In this document: positions 35,194 through 48,720 of the stretch, one piece after another
How positions within the stretch are numbered: position 1 is the first letter of the stretch
Layout: the number at the start of each line of letters is the position of its first letter
Assembly (NCBI GenBank): GCA_004764695.1
Contig: SMSO01000034.1
Location: 806,001-870,000, forward strand
Origin: Schizochytrium sp. TIO01
Taxonomy: Eukaryota > Protista > Bigyra: Labyrinthulomycetes
Direction of reading: 5' to 3'
Length of the DNA stretch: 64,000 nucleotides
Position numbers and translations under genes: made by a program
The notes under the pieces: generated by a model
Database searches by the model: none
The model's input: only the letters and a program-made list of their open reading frames with translations
Told to the model about the DNA's origin: nothing

Positions 35194-36855
35194 GATGTGA
35201 TGGGTTTGTGTGAGTTAAGGTTTACTCCAAAGTCGAACCTGGTACGATTTGAGAGTTGTTTGCTCCGCTGTCAAGGTCGCGGGCTTCTTTTTTGCGAACT
35301 GACACACGCGAAGAGGAGAGCTACTACGCCCCACGCTCGAGTTGAACTGCTTGCTGTCTGTCTCTGCGTCCGCACGCACAAGACCAGCCAACAGACAAGG
35401 CGCTGTGTTATACGCTGCTGGTGGGGGGCTGCTTGTCTGACTTGCTTACTGCGTCTGGCAGGTTGCGAGCTCTTTTGCAATTCGGGTTTGCTTTCCTTGG
35501 TTGGTCTGCTCGATGGCGAAGTGCGCCTCGTGCTTATTCGCCAGTGAGCGACGGTCGGCAAGATTACAAAATACTCACTCACAGCATTCATTCACGAAAG
35601 CCAACAATCAGAGGGAACTAGGAAGAAAAGAAAAATGTTTTTACTCCCTTTCCTTCTTTGGCTATCAATTATCTATTAACTCAGTCGTCGTTTTTAAAAT
35701 TTATACATTCTCATTAAGTGCACCTCTATCTAGCAGGTACGCGATACGTACCTCCTTATATATACTTTGAATGAAATCGATGAACAATGAATCGACTTAT
35801 GCCAGCCTCTAGTAGTAGATATTGGCGTGCATAGGATCGATTCTGCATATTTTTATAGATTCATCGTATTATTCCAAATTCCTTAACTTTTCTTTAACAG
35901 AACATGTATAGGGAAACCTTTTTTCCTTCCCTTTTTTTTTCTTTTTGTTATAAAGAATCGAAAGCTAAAAGCATCGCTTCTACTGCCGCCGCACCCATTT
36001 GTATAAAAGAACAAGTTCCCGCTCTGCCAACAGGGAAGACGAGACTGTCTGTCTGTCTCAGACTTTTTGTTGTGAGGTGAGGGCGCTGTTTAGTCTTTCT
36101 TTTTATGTTTGAAAAGAAAAGGCCTGCTTCGGTAGTCATGAACATATTAAACCAAAACAATGAAAATATAAATGAAAGCGAGAGCTCTAGCCCATCCACT
36201 AATAATCGCCTACAAAAGCGCGAGGAAAGAACTTGAATGCGCGAGAGATTGGCGAAGGAAGGAAGGAGAGGACAGAGGAAGGAAGGCTCTCGGCTACCCT
36301 ACTACTCCTAACAGTAGCAGTAGCAGCAGTAGTGGCTATCCCTCGAGTGGCTTTCTTCCTCTCTTTCTTTCTTTCGTTCTTTCTTTCCATCGACTCCTGA
36401 GCGAGTTCGCTTTGACTCTTTTCGAGCAAAGAGGCGGAGAGGAAGAGCGCCCAAGCAAGCCGAGGCTGGAGCAGCTGCGGCGCCTCCTCCCCCTCCGCCT
36501 CAGAGCCTGTCTAGTGAGGCGCGAAGAAGAACGAACTCATCCGCGGAAGTCACCGACCCATTGCCAATCTATCTATCTATCTATCTGTCTGTATGTTTGT
36601 CTGTCGGATTTATCGGCATGAATGGCCCATTTGATGGGCTGATCGATAATAATCCAACGTGGAAAGGCAAACAAACTATGAGAGCAGTGGAAGGAAACCT
36701 TCTCATCTCACCGTCGAAGAATCGAAGAATCGACGGACACCGATGATGGTTTCAAACTTTCAAAAACTGTCTGAAATGCCGCCTTGCAGATGTATCTTCG
36801 GCAGAGCACACGGACAACAGCGGCAATGACCAAACAAACTAACGAACGATCACAT

Positions 36856-37065
36856 AAACAAACAAACAAACAAACAAACAAACAAACAAACAAACAAACA
36901 AACAAACAAACAAACAAACAAACAAACAAACAAACAAACAAACAAACAAACAAACAAACAAACAAACAAACAAACAAACAAACAAACAAACAAACAAACA
37001 AACAAACAAACAAACAAACAAATAAACAATCAAATAAACAAATAAACAATCACACAAACAAAACA
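36856..37065. repeat. (AAAC)n microsatellite, ~41 perfect units plus degenerate tail
   Basis: Directly visible. Confidence 0.98.
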
Positions 37066-40000
37066 GTCTATCGATTAATTGCCAATCCGCTGAGCAGAGC
37101 GAGCGCAAACGGCGACCGACCGGAGCGGAGCGGAGGCATGGGCAGCCAGCCAGCCAGCCAGGCAGCAGCCAGCTAGCCACGCCAAAGCGAACGTCGAAGA
37201 GGAGAAGGCGCAGCAGGAACAGGGCAGTCAGACTTTTCGCGCCAGTTCTTCGAGGCGGTGACCCTTCTCTTCAAAAGGAATTAATCGATCAGTCAATCGA
37301 TCGATCAATTAATCAATCAATCAATTATTTAATCAATCAATTGATCGATCAATTGATCTCAGTGGAGGGAAGAGAGAAACGAAGGGAACAGGAGTTTTCT
37401 TCGCAAACGGCGGCAGGCAGGCAGGAAGGAGTCTCCGTCCTTCAAGCTGACTGGAAAATGCTGTGCCTGAGGTTTGCTTGAAGTCCAAGTTTTGCCAGGA
37501 GTTGATTGATTGCATTGATTGATTGATTGATTGATTCTTCGAGCGCAAGCGTCAGAATACAACAAAGATGAGAACCTGAGCACCCGCCTCTTCTCTCTCC
37601 AGGGATGAATGAGTGAATGAAGTATAAGTTGCTATTAATGCTTTTTCCTCGTACTTCCTCTGTCTCATTTCATGATAGTATTATTAAAAATTTAATAATT
37701 TATAATAAATAAAGAAACAAAGAGATAAAGAAATAAAGAAATAAAACCTCGGAAGAAAAGGGTTAAACACTTTTGCACGAGACTGTGCGCGCGGTCATTT
37801 AACTTCTTGCCCCCTAGTCCCCGGTTCCCTTCAGCGAGGCCACCAAAGTTCTGTACTGACCCTTCTCACCTCAATAAACAGCACATTCGAACGCAGCATA
37901 TGGGGCGTATAATGAGAGTTATCGAACCCTCAAAGTCTCATCGTCTCGCCTTTTGCTGGGTCCGCGTTTCCGCACCACCACCTGCCCTGAAGAGAGCGCT
38001 ATAACAATGTCATTCCTATCAGAGAACCTAAGGAAACATAAGGGGTACACAGTGCACTTATTCTTCGAAATTGTGCTGTGCCCATTGCTATTCAGCCTAT
38101 ATTGTCCCCGGCACCTCCAAATGACTCCCACTCTAGCCCCTCATGCTCCTCCCTCATTTTTGCGCTAGATGTTGACGCCCTCGCAACACTTTATTTCTCA
38201 GAAGCTTCAATCGCTGAGGCTTCAAAACTTCTCTAAATTGAACTTCTTGAATTCCGGGCGAATTGACTGAGTTCTTCATGTTTGCGCCAGCCCGAGGACA
38301 ATGCACCGTCTCAGAGAGCAGGCTTTTGATGAACAGACAGGAAATTAATTCTACTAGCTAGGCGCAAGACACGCCTCTCTTCTTTTCTCGTTCTTGCTTC
38401 CTTTTCAATGGCGTTAATTTTAATGTATTTTGTTATTTTCGTTCTATTATTTGCTATACCTAGTTATAGCTACCACCTAGCTAAAGGCTAAATGAATAAA
38501 CAAAACGTTTTTGTCTTTTTTAAGTCAACTCAGAGAACAACTCGAAGTGCTGCGATGCTAAAATTGAGAGAAAGGACATGCTCAGACAAAACGAAGAAAC
38601 GCACGAACTCCAAACCTCAAGACGCGAAGCAAGCAAATCGCGCAGGTGCCCATCAATGCCAAGGATAGCAAAGCCGACTGCTGTTGAAGTCAGCCATTTC
38701 TCCAAAGGCAGAGAAAGAGCTAGCTTTTGCTGCGTTCGGAGCAGCAAACGGGCCGAAGCTTTGCAGCTCAGGCATGGACGGATAGACAATTAATTATTTA
38801 AATAAACAAACTAAATAAATAAATAAATAAATAAATAAATGCACACGTACAGACAGAGACATACTGCTTGGCCTGTTTTGTCGTCTCTATAGTTAGTTAT
38901 CTCATTGGTTAGTACTCCCTCCCTCTGGACAACTTTAGTGAACATAGTCGTTAGGGAAACAGCGGAGCTACAGCTGCCTACAGGCTCGTTTCGAAAACTT
39001 GATTCCTTGTCGATTTAATTGACTTGTTTCACTGTTTCTTTTTGCCTTTCTTTGCCTGTTCTTCGGTCGGTGTGTTTGTTTGTTGGTTGTTGGTTGGTTT
39101 GTTTTCCTATTGATCCTGGTCCCTGCCGAGACTGCCCTTTTCCAAGTTCGCTCGCCTACTTCATCTGCCTTCACTAAATCTCCCCATCACCCCCTCACCC
39201 GCAGCGCCCACAGCCCATCTCCACCTTCCCTGGCTCACAATCACGTCTGCCCGCCGGGTACTTGAGACCAAGGTGAACCTCACACTGTATATCTGATCTG
39301 TCATAGATGCGCCCCGGTATACTCTGCATATGAGCCTATGTCCGCGCCTTCAGAATGCAACAACGTGGGCAAACACTCAAGCCAAAACAATCGCCCGCAT
39401 TGGCTCAAGAGCGGTCTCTCCTTTCTACAGTTCTAGACGCTCCCTTTCTGTGTACGTATGCACGCAGCGGCAGAGTGGACTTTTGCCAAGCAGTTCTGGA
39501 GTAAAACACAGCTGAGCTGCAAAAGCCACTGCCGCTATCGCAGTAGCATAGCAAGTCCCAGGAGTAACCCACAGTTTGAGCTGAAGACGTGAACTTATCG
39601 TCCCCGTTCCGTTCCGTTCATGTTCTGCGTTGCAAAGGACCTAAGCGACTGATTAGGCAACTGCCTAAGGTACCACGAAGTAGGTACCTAGGTAGTAGTA
39701 GTCAGCTAGAAAGTGAAAAGGCATGAGAAGAACGCCTCGCTGAAGGGCATAGCAAGTACCTAATAGGCTGTAATAGTAGTAGTAAAGAACGATGCGCGCG
39801 GAATTAATTTCAAGGTTCTTGGTGAAGCTGCGCTTGAAGGGTTCTTCAAGGCCTCGGGCGCCTGCCTTCGCACGAAAGGTAATATGCACCTACCTGGGCA
39901 CGCACGCTCGGTCTACAAGTGAGAGGGACTGCGCTCAGCAGAAGAATCTGCGGCTGAAGCTTGCTTGCTGCAGGCTTTGCGCAGTTTAAGCGAAGAACTC

Positions 40001-42149
40001 GCCAAAAGGGACACAGAACTAGCTAGCTATACTTACCTACTGAGCCCCTCGGAAAACGATGCGAAGCACACACTCACTCACTCACTCAATCTCGGTCTCA
40101 GCACCGTCAAGAACTTGGCCCCTTCAACTGAAACCGCGTTGGAATTGCCGTGGTCTATGGGCGTCATCGTCGTGCAGTGCCGTGAGAGGCTGTGAAGATC
40201 CCAATTGCGTTGCCTCGTGGGCGAAAAGAAGCACAGCGTTGAGCAAAGTGGTTGCAGGATCCATGGCTGCAGTGCCTGAATCTGCAGAATCTGCATCTTC
40301 CCTACTGTCGAAAGATGCGCGAAGGAATTGTTTGGTGAGTATTCAGAATTGCCAGCACGCTTGCCTAGATGCGACTTCAGAACTCTGCGCCAGAAACAGC
40401 CTCAGTAGTCTAGCGAGCGAAGAGAAGCAGCACGGCCATTCCAAGCAACAGCAGCTGTACCTAGTATAGTTCTGCAAACGGTCCCCTGCCGCGGTGCTAT
40501 TACTTAGTTAGTGAGGATGCCCACAGAAGATTATGGGAATAGCGAGACCCATTACAGCTCGTGTTGGTTCATTTATTCAAAGGAAGACGACACGAAGAGA
40601 GAGTGCATTAAGAAGGTCTCCCACGTACCGCAGTCTGGACTTCCAGTGAAATAAACTCATTTCAGGGTGCCAGTGTCGCGATGGAACAGCGTGAGACTTT
40701 ACCTTTCATTCAAGGTCGATCTGCTGCCAGATGCATGTAGCGAAGGAGAGTAAATACGCTCAACAAGTTTTCACATAACAGTCATGATTTAATAAAGGTA
40801 ACCCAAATGCTGATTTTTAAAAATCAACCAGAATGTAGATGAGACCTCCATGCGGTGCGTACATACTAGCTAGACAGAGCGGCAGGTGTGTGCCATTCAA
40901 GTTGTGATAAATTAAGTTAAAAAAATAAAAAAAAAAAATCAAGTTTAAGACTTTTTCAATGAGTAGGTTCTGTAACCTTAAGCCGAAAGATTTTTTAAAT
41001 ATTTTTTTTTTTTTTTTCTGTTTTGAAGATGGGCTCCAAGCTATATTTTTGACCTATAGGGGTGCAAGTTCTTCATTACTGGGAAAGAACGGGCCTAGAC
41101 AGGAGAAAAGCAAATGAATATCTAGTAGATACTTTCTTTACTTTATTTCTTCCAGGGCCTTTGGGTATTTAAAAGAAACGTCGAAAGATAATTGTAGAGC
41201 GCTTGAAGAATTCAAGCTCAAGAAGTTGAAGTCCTATCTTAGCAAAACGGCAGTCGGCCTTGTAAGTGGGCGTCCAATAGCATGTATTGAGCAGGCGCGT
41301 CACTTAGCTAGGGAGTTAGCATGCCTATGAGTCGGTTTGTTTACACACTGAGACCAACAGACTTGACAGATTGGTTTTTCCACTGATTTACGCACACCCT
41401 TATTTGGAGAGAAAAAACAAAAACAAAAATGAAACAGGTTCTTTCATTTTATCATATAGTACTCTATAGTAGTACTACAGTCTTTACATTAAATTTAAAA
41501 AAATGAAATAAAAAGATATCAAAAAGATAACAGCAATTGATTTTCTCACTGTCATTTTAAAAACAAAATAAAATAAAATATCTTCAAGGTTCTCATTCGA
41601 GCGCGGCACTTGAAATAATACGTCCAAACACGCCCAGCTCCTTAAGCTTGGCCTCTGACAATACATACACACTGCATTTCGAGTTCCTTGCGATGAGGCT
41701 AGCTAGCTAGCTCCCTGGTAGGAACACCAAACCCGCAAAGCCGGGAAACGTCCAGAGGTTGGTTTCTCGGCTTACCTGCCGGTGTGCGTTACCAGCATCG
41801 TAAGATGATCGTGACCTGGGCAGTTATCAAGTTCCTCGATCATCAAAGTGCGTAGACAAGCCTAGTCCGTGTACCTAACCAGCCGACCGGCGGCACATCT
41901 CAAATTGTATGGCGTCTTCTTAAAAGTTTTATTGCCAGACCAATAGTGGACCAACGAAGATCGCTTTTACCGCGCGTTTGACAAAGTTTTGGAACCGACT
42001 GCGGAACCCTTGGGAGCTCTCCTCCCTCAGCCAGTTTAGTCGCAATCGCGCGGGGAAAGGACAGGACAAAGAACTGCGATTCGATCAAGCCCGCTCCTGC
42101 TCGAGCCCAAAGCCACGCTCAGGCACACGCTCGCCTTCTTCCAGGCTGG

Positions 42150-42186
<37 letters not shown>

Positions 42187-42429
42187 AATACGTGCGATAG
42201 GACGATTTGCGGCGGTGGGCAACTTCGATGGAGCAGGAGAAAGAGACCTCCGTGAGTGACTGCTCCGGTTCCCAAGTTGCCAAAGAAAAGATACTCGCTT
42301 GCTACCTCTGACTAGTGACCGCTAAGAACGGTACACCTCAGTAGGGCTCCTATAGAGCTAGCTAGCTAGCACGTTCTAACTTACCGCTCAAAGCGCCCAG
42401 GAACCTACCTACCTAACTACCACGTAGAC

Positions 42430-42920
42430 GGATGGCTTGGAGCGCAGGCCTTCTCTCGACGAGGCACCCGCACGCCCAAAGCGTACACCCAAAGCATCGG
42501 CATCTCGCCATCATCAATCGGCAGCTCCCACTGTCATCATCTCCAGCGCCGCTGCTCTGCGCACTCACGCGTGTGCTTGTTTGCTTTGGGCCCCGCTTCG
42601 TTTTGCTTGCCCCCCTCTCCTGGCCCTCTCGCGAACCCGGGAGCCTCCCCCTGCTTGTCCCCGCAGAAGAAAGAGGGCGCGGCGGGTCGGGGAACGCAGG
42701 GAACAACAGAGGGGGACCGCGCAGACGTCTCGAGGGAGGCGGAGTCCGACTTCGAAGGCGGAGCACGCGAGTGTCGGAGGGCGTTTGTTTGAGGATGCTG
42801 TGCGAAGGGCCGCTGCTTTGGGCAACGGGGAGGCGGCTGGTAGCTGATTGTTTCTGGCTGTGGTTGCTCTTCTTTGGCTTGGTGGAGAATGGAAAGAGGG
42901 AAGGAGGAGGTGGGTAGCAA
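42430..42920. promoter_or_regulatory. GC/CpG-rich island without a credible ORF
   Basis: Compositional only; several overlapping GC-driven ORFs with no recognisable motifs. Confidence 0.25.
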
Positions 42921-45900
42921 GCAGGTGCATAGGTACATACTTCTACCTAGTATCGTGTGACTTTACAAGACTAACTGTATCATGTTATACTCAGGAAGTT
43001 GAGGTTGTACCTTCATTATTTCTTTAATTTTAAAAACGAATATTTATTACTTTTGCACAAGCTGTTTTTAATTAAAAGCTTATAGATTCTTTCGAGCATG
43101 ATGTTCGAAAAATGATTTTTATTTCTTTAATAAGGACCACGTTCACCCTCTGGCACTGGTGGCGGAGATATACCTACCTAGTAGCTAGCTAGCTAGCTAG
43201 CGCCAAAACATTAAAAAAAAAACGTAGGTGGCGCGGCCCTCGTCGAGAATATGCAGACCTCGAGGTGAATAAGTTGGTGAAGACATCAATCGTTTTCACG
43301 GCCCATTTTTGTACCCTGGGCCCTTGATTGCTAGGACCGTGGCTCATCCGCAATGCTTTGATATTTTCTTCATTCATTTAGTTATCCATTCATGAAAGCT
43401 TGTAAAAGAAGTAGCTTCCCAGGCACATTGTTATATAATGATAAGCAAAAGCTTACTGGCCATAGCGTACAAACTGAGCAAGGTTCTCCGAAGGAATCAG
43501 CAACCAGATATGGTGCTGTCAAGAACGAAAATTGGTCAAGGACCTGCTGTAAGTTTTATTCATGTGAGAAACCCTCCATTTTATATTTCATAAAATAGCA
43601 GGCAGGCATGAGGTACTTTCCTTTCTGCAAATATTCACATGATAAGATGATTATAATGCCCACAGCCTTATTTCCCTTTAAAACTTACTCTAAACCTATA
43701 ATTAAAATTTCAATTTTTTTAATCATAAAGAAAGATTCCCAGCCTTTGAGTTGTTTTATGTAATAATTGCAAAAACCTCTCTCAAGCATCAACTTGAACT
43801 TTTAATCAACAAGCAACAGCCACAATGATCTCAGGGCGTCTCCGGCCTCGGCTCAAATACCACCATGCCCGAGCAAAGCGTGCGCTCTGCAGCCTCCTCA
43901 ACAGTCGAAACAAATGCCCTCTTTCACCAGGTCCAATTGCACAGGGAATTGCTACTACTAATAGGCGCCTCCTATCTATAATTAAAAAAAAGCAATGTAA
44001 GCAGAAGGTGGGTGATCAATGACTGGCTACCACAGTGCTTCCAGAGTGACCCCGTCGGAGAAGGTGCTACGAGGGCATCGTAGCATATTCGACGCGCTCA
44101 AGGGCACCTTTGTGGAGTCTGGACAGACAGTTGCTTTTCTGTGGTGGCGCTTTTCTTTTTAGCATTTTCTTTCGAAGCGCTCTTCAACGAGGTTAGGACC
44201 CAAGAGCGTTACCCTGGGGAACAGAAACGACTGATGAGCGCTAGATCAGCTGCTTGCTTCCTTGCTTGCTTGCATGCTTGCTTGCATGCATGCTTGCATG
44301 CTTGGCATGCTTGGCATGCTTGCGTGCGTGCGTCATGTACTTGCTGTGAGTGCTATGCCTGCGAGCACAACACTGGATGACGCCCTCATGGATAATTTGT
44401 ATCCGCGAAAGTGACTGAGAGAGCTATAGGTACAGCCATCTAGCTAGCTACAGCTGGCAAATGATCAAAGTCGCGTGCGTGCAAGGTGAATGGTAGTAGG
44501 TACACGCAAGCGGGCCCTGGAGAATTTGCGCACAAAAAAATCGTAAAGCGTCTGTATCTACACGTACTAGTATGCACTATTAGGTGCACTATTAGAAATT
44601 GAGAATCGCAGAAGCAGCGAGTGAGAGTGCTTTGAATCGCCCTTATGTAATAGGGTAGTACCTAGGTAGGTGATGGGTATGGAGATGCTACGTACCTACT
44701 ACTGAAGAATTTCGCACGGTGCTCAACAAGAAGTTGCATAGAAGAAGCACTTGTTAGAGCTTTTAGTATCTGCTTTTAAGAACATGCTAACGTTCAAGGC
44801 TTGAGCTCCTGCGACGCGCTATCTGAAAACTGTGTTCAGGTTGGTCAAATGAGTATCATGGAGAAGGAAATAAGTCGTGGCATGATTAGATAGAAAATTT
44901 ACCGATCATCATGTTGTAGGATGTAGTAGCCCAAAAGTTAACTTGTCGCACCCCAACCGTTTTATGATCCGTGAGCATCTATATCGATTTACGCTAGACC
45001 ACACCAGGTAGAACGAGTCTCTTTGTGAGTGTTCGCAGCATTAGCTTGAACAATGCATAATTCTATCAGAGATTAAAATTTACGTCTTTTGCATTAAAAA
45101 GCTTCCAGAGTTCAAGTCTTACTAAAGAGATTTGGCAGATTGTTTTTTTTTTTAAATTAAAAGTTGTGATCGTGAAGCTCTAAAAAGCTGCGAAGCGCTG
45201 CCCGCTAGGTTTTTGGAAGCAGTGATCTAGCCCGTTCTCGACATTATGGAAGGCCACGCTCTTCATTTCTTCCTATCTAAGCTTCAAAGTTGCAACCAAC
45301 TAATCACTGGGTTTAAAAGATGACAGAATAAACTGCTGATCGGCACAAGGATAATGAATTGCATAATGAATTTTGAGATAATTTAATTTTCTGCTAGCTT
45401 CGTCAACTAAGCAGAATCGTACTGATCGGTGCATTTTAGAACTATATTCAATCTAGAAATACTCATATTCTAATGGCCAAGAAACAACAAGGTACACCTA
45501 ACACTGCTCTTCTAGTCTAACCTTTGTTTCGAGACTATTCTAGCCTCACGAAATGCGTTTGCTCCAGTGTCGTGATTTATTTGGACAATCCCTACCAGCC
45601 TCGACTTCCTACAACCGCCATGTTTTCCTTTCTCTATTTTCTTGATCGTAAAATTCCAAGACGAAGTTAAAAGAGAGAAACGCGCTTTACAGGCAAGACC
45701 AAACCCTCGAAAACTCGCATTCTCAAATAATTAAAATAACTTCGACTTATTTCTTTCCATTCTTTATTTTTAAAGAATAAAATTTGTATGCTTAGAAGGA
45801 GTCACCTTACACATTTAAAAGAGATACCTCACGTTGCGAGTGAATCATCAGAAACTAGCTACTTTCTAGTAGTCGCGGATATGATTAGATTTAGGGGCCT

Positions 45901-47079
45901 TTAGTTCATTCAAAAAGATTTGAACTACACAAGCTTTGCTATAGGTTGGTTCTTCTTTTAAATCAATCAAATCTTATGGGGAACTCATCGTCAAGACAAA
46001 ACTTATACCACCACGTTTGAGGCGAAGTTTATTGGTCATTTCATCCGATGAACCGCCGGCGGGGATCTTAGCACAGCTAGAATGTGACGAGATCGCTCCT
46101 AAGTGGCGTCTGAGCATTGCTCGATCTGCACAGAGGCGTGGCGGCCCACGGAGGGAGCTGTGTCACCGGTGAAAGGCCCTACCCGTTCCTAATTTGAGGT
46201 TTACTCTCTTACAAAAATTTAAATTCACAAAAACAAAAAAAAACAAAAAACAAAAACAAAAAAACAGATAATTTTCAGCAATTTTTAACCCCTTGGTACT
46301 AGCCACAACATATTGGTAACCTTCTCAGAAGTTGAATTCAAGCCAAATAGTGATCAGAAGTCAATACAGTATTCTACATCGACATCTGGCAATAAAAGGT
46401 AGACTATAACTTTCCGCACATCCTTGCTGAAAGCTGGTCTTTGATCAGCCAGACATCGGCTGGATAGACGAAGACAAGGAGCTTGGATTGCGAGAGAAAG
46501 CTTCAGTACTTATGCTTTTAGAGTTAGTATTTTGCTGGCCTTGGAACTGAATGCCAAATGAGCTGGTTCTGATTAGGAGACCAAAAGAGAATTAGGAGAC
46601 CAAAAGAGACTCCATCTGTATCACAGAGAACCCAAGGGGTTAGGTTACCTTATTTCAGGTATGCCTTTACATATTTCCAGGATTGTGTAGTGCACTTTCA
46701 ATCTTAAGTCCACTTGATCTAACGTGACTGATCCTTAAGTTCTTACCATATACAGCTCCTGATAGTTTTAGACGTATAAAAGTGTGCCAAGAACTCCAAG
46801 AATATCTTCTCCGTATGATCCTTTGATTAGCAATCTTAGCAATCCTGTATACTTGAGTGAACACAACCTACTCATAACGAGATAAACTAAAGCTTATCTT
46901 ACTCTTTTCACACCTCTTGCTCGTTCGAAAATACGAGTCTGTAAATTGAAACCAAGCGAGGAATTGCTGTCTATCGACAGGCGCTTCATTTTGCTCCTTT
47001 CTGTGCATTTAGATATAATGTTGGAAAATGAAAAGCTACATTATTCGAAAACAAATTACCACAAGAAGAGGGCGATGAG

Positions 47080-47510
47080 TGCTGAGATCTCCAATCGAAG
47101 GAACTAATGGACAAGGTATTACTAGAGTTCTTGGCGTCCCTTTATGAAACCCTTGTAGATACAGTGCTTACAATACAGCAAGAGTAGGCAGCCAGATTCA
47201 TGTGGCTACCGAAGTCAAGAACCAAAAGTGTGAATACACATTATCTACATCCAAAGCAGGGTGTAACTTGAATCGATGGTTGTAAAGGTTGAATTGACCT
47301 AACCCCATCGGTTATCTCTAACACCTTTCAAGAATGCCTTGACCTCCCTAATTCCTACATGAATCCATCTGTCCTGGAATTCATTCTCCAGGACAGAAGT
47401 TCGCTAACTCTTAAATTAACCTTCTTAAAGCCTTCATCAAGAACCTTGCCTTCATCTTTACAGTCGACCTGAAGCTTCGACCTCAAGCTGACCAGAATTA
47501 TCTTTGAGTA
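47080..47510 (+). repeat. Repeat copy A (~430 bp), left arm of inverted repeat
   Basis: Reverse-complement match to 50934-51344, core near-identical by eye; diverged direct match to 48337-48720. Confidence 0.92.
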
Positions 47511-48336
47511 ATGAGGAATAAGGAAGACCTGCAAATTAAAATAGCAAATTTCACGCAAAACTCAAAAGCATTCTTGAACAACATTTGAGCGATTCGTCCG
47601 CACTGAATGAAATGCCGTTTGTGGAAGAAGAGAAAGCGTTATTATATTAATCTTTCAAGTTTGTGCTTTCAGTGTAATCAGCTTTGTTAGATCTTGACTT
47701 TTGTGAATGAATAACATCAACCTTTTTTTTTACACGAAATGTTTCTTGTTCCTGCTAGATATTTACTTCTTTACGCTTTTCAGTTATGTTATAGGTTCAG
47801 TCACTAGAGCTTTAATTGTTATCAGAACGGGATATAGCGTTGGAACTCCCCTAATAATAGATCTACGTTGGACCGAGGATTTTGTTCAAGTTCTAGTCCT
47901 TTCTCATACCACGAGGTGCGTCTTAGGTGCTACACTCCGACTCTCATTCGATTTCCTATGGACTCATTTTCCCTGGAGAGTTGCCCCGTCCTAAATCTTC
48001 CAAACAAATTCAATGTTCTCAAAGTGTCCCAGCTCGCCAGAAAGGGCTGACTGCAATTCTTATTTGCTTGCAAGAACTCTATCTTGGAAACCCAATTCCA
48101 AGGACATCAGGACGCTAATTTTTAAAACGATAGATTACCCCGCCTTCATCAAGCCTATTGTTTCCATCTGCATTGGCGGCCTCTTCCTGACCAGACTCAT
48201 CTTCCAGCACTTGATTAATCCAAGATGCAATTGGAACAATATCAGCTGCATGAAGACGTGTAATACGTGGTATTGTGGCTTTTGCTGTAGGTATAACATT
48301 GGAGCATTGCGTCAAGGTCCAATGCGCTGTTCTTGT

Positions 48337-48720
48337 GCTGAGATCTCCTATCGAAGGGGTTAGTAGACAAGATATTGCTAGAGTTATGGGGATATTCGTG
48401 AAGAATTTATGAATAGGGCTTGCAATAGAGTGGATAGAATCCAAGAACCAGAAGATCGCCTACATATTTTCTAGAATTTAAGTATGGTGCGACTTGAATT
48501 GCTGGTGGAAGAAGTTGAGTTAATCTAACCCCGCCAATTCTATCGATCAAGGTTCAAGAACACCCTGACCTCCCAATTACTATATGAACTAGTCTGCCTC
48601 CGAACTCAGTTCTCAAGGATAGCAGTTCGCTAAGTCTAAAAACGAACCTTCTTAAATCTTTCATCAAAACCCTTCCGTTCATTTTCATACTCAACCTCCA
48701 GCTGACCAGATTAACCCTTC
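48337..48720 (+). repeat. Repeat copy B, diverged direct copy of 47080-47510
   Basis: Colinear shared anchors tgctgagatctcc.atcgaagg, ctagagtt, gttcgctaa, aaccttcttaaa, ttcatcaa, agctgaccaga. Confidence 0.8.

Noticed and set aside
34354-35547. 397-aa plus-strand ORF (and the 243-aa ORF at 23754..24485)
   Set aside because: Antisense shadows of the codon-biased Mpv17 genes; non-ATG starts and no protein motifs
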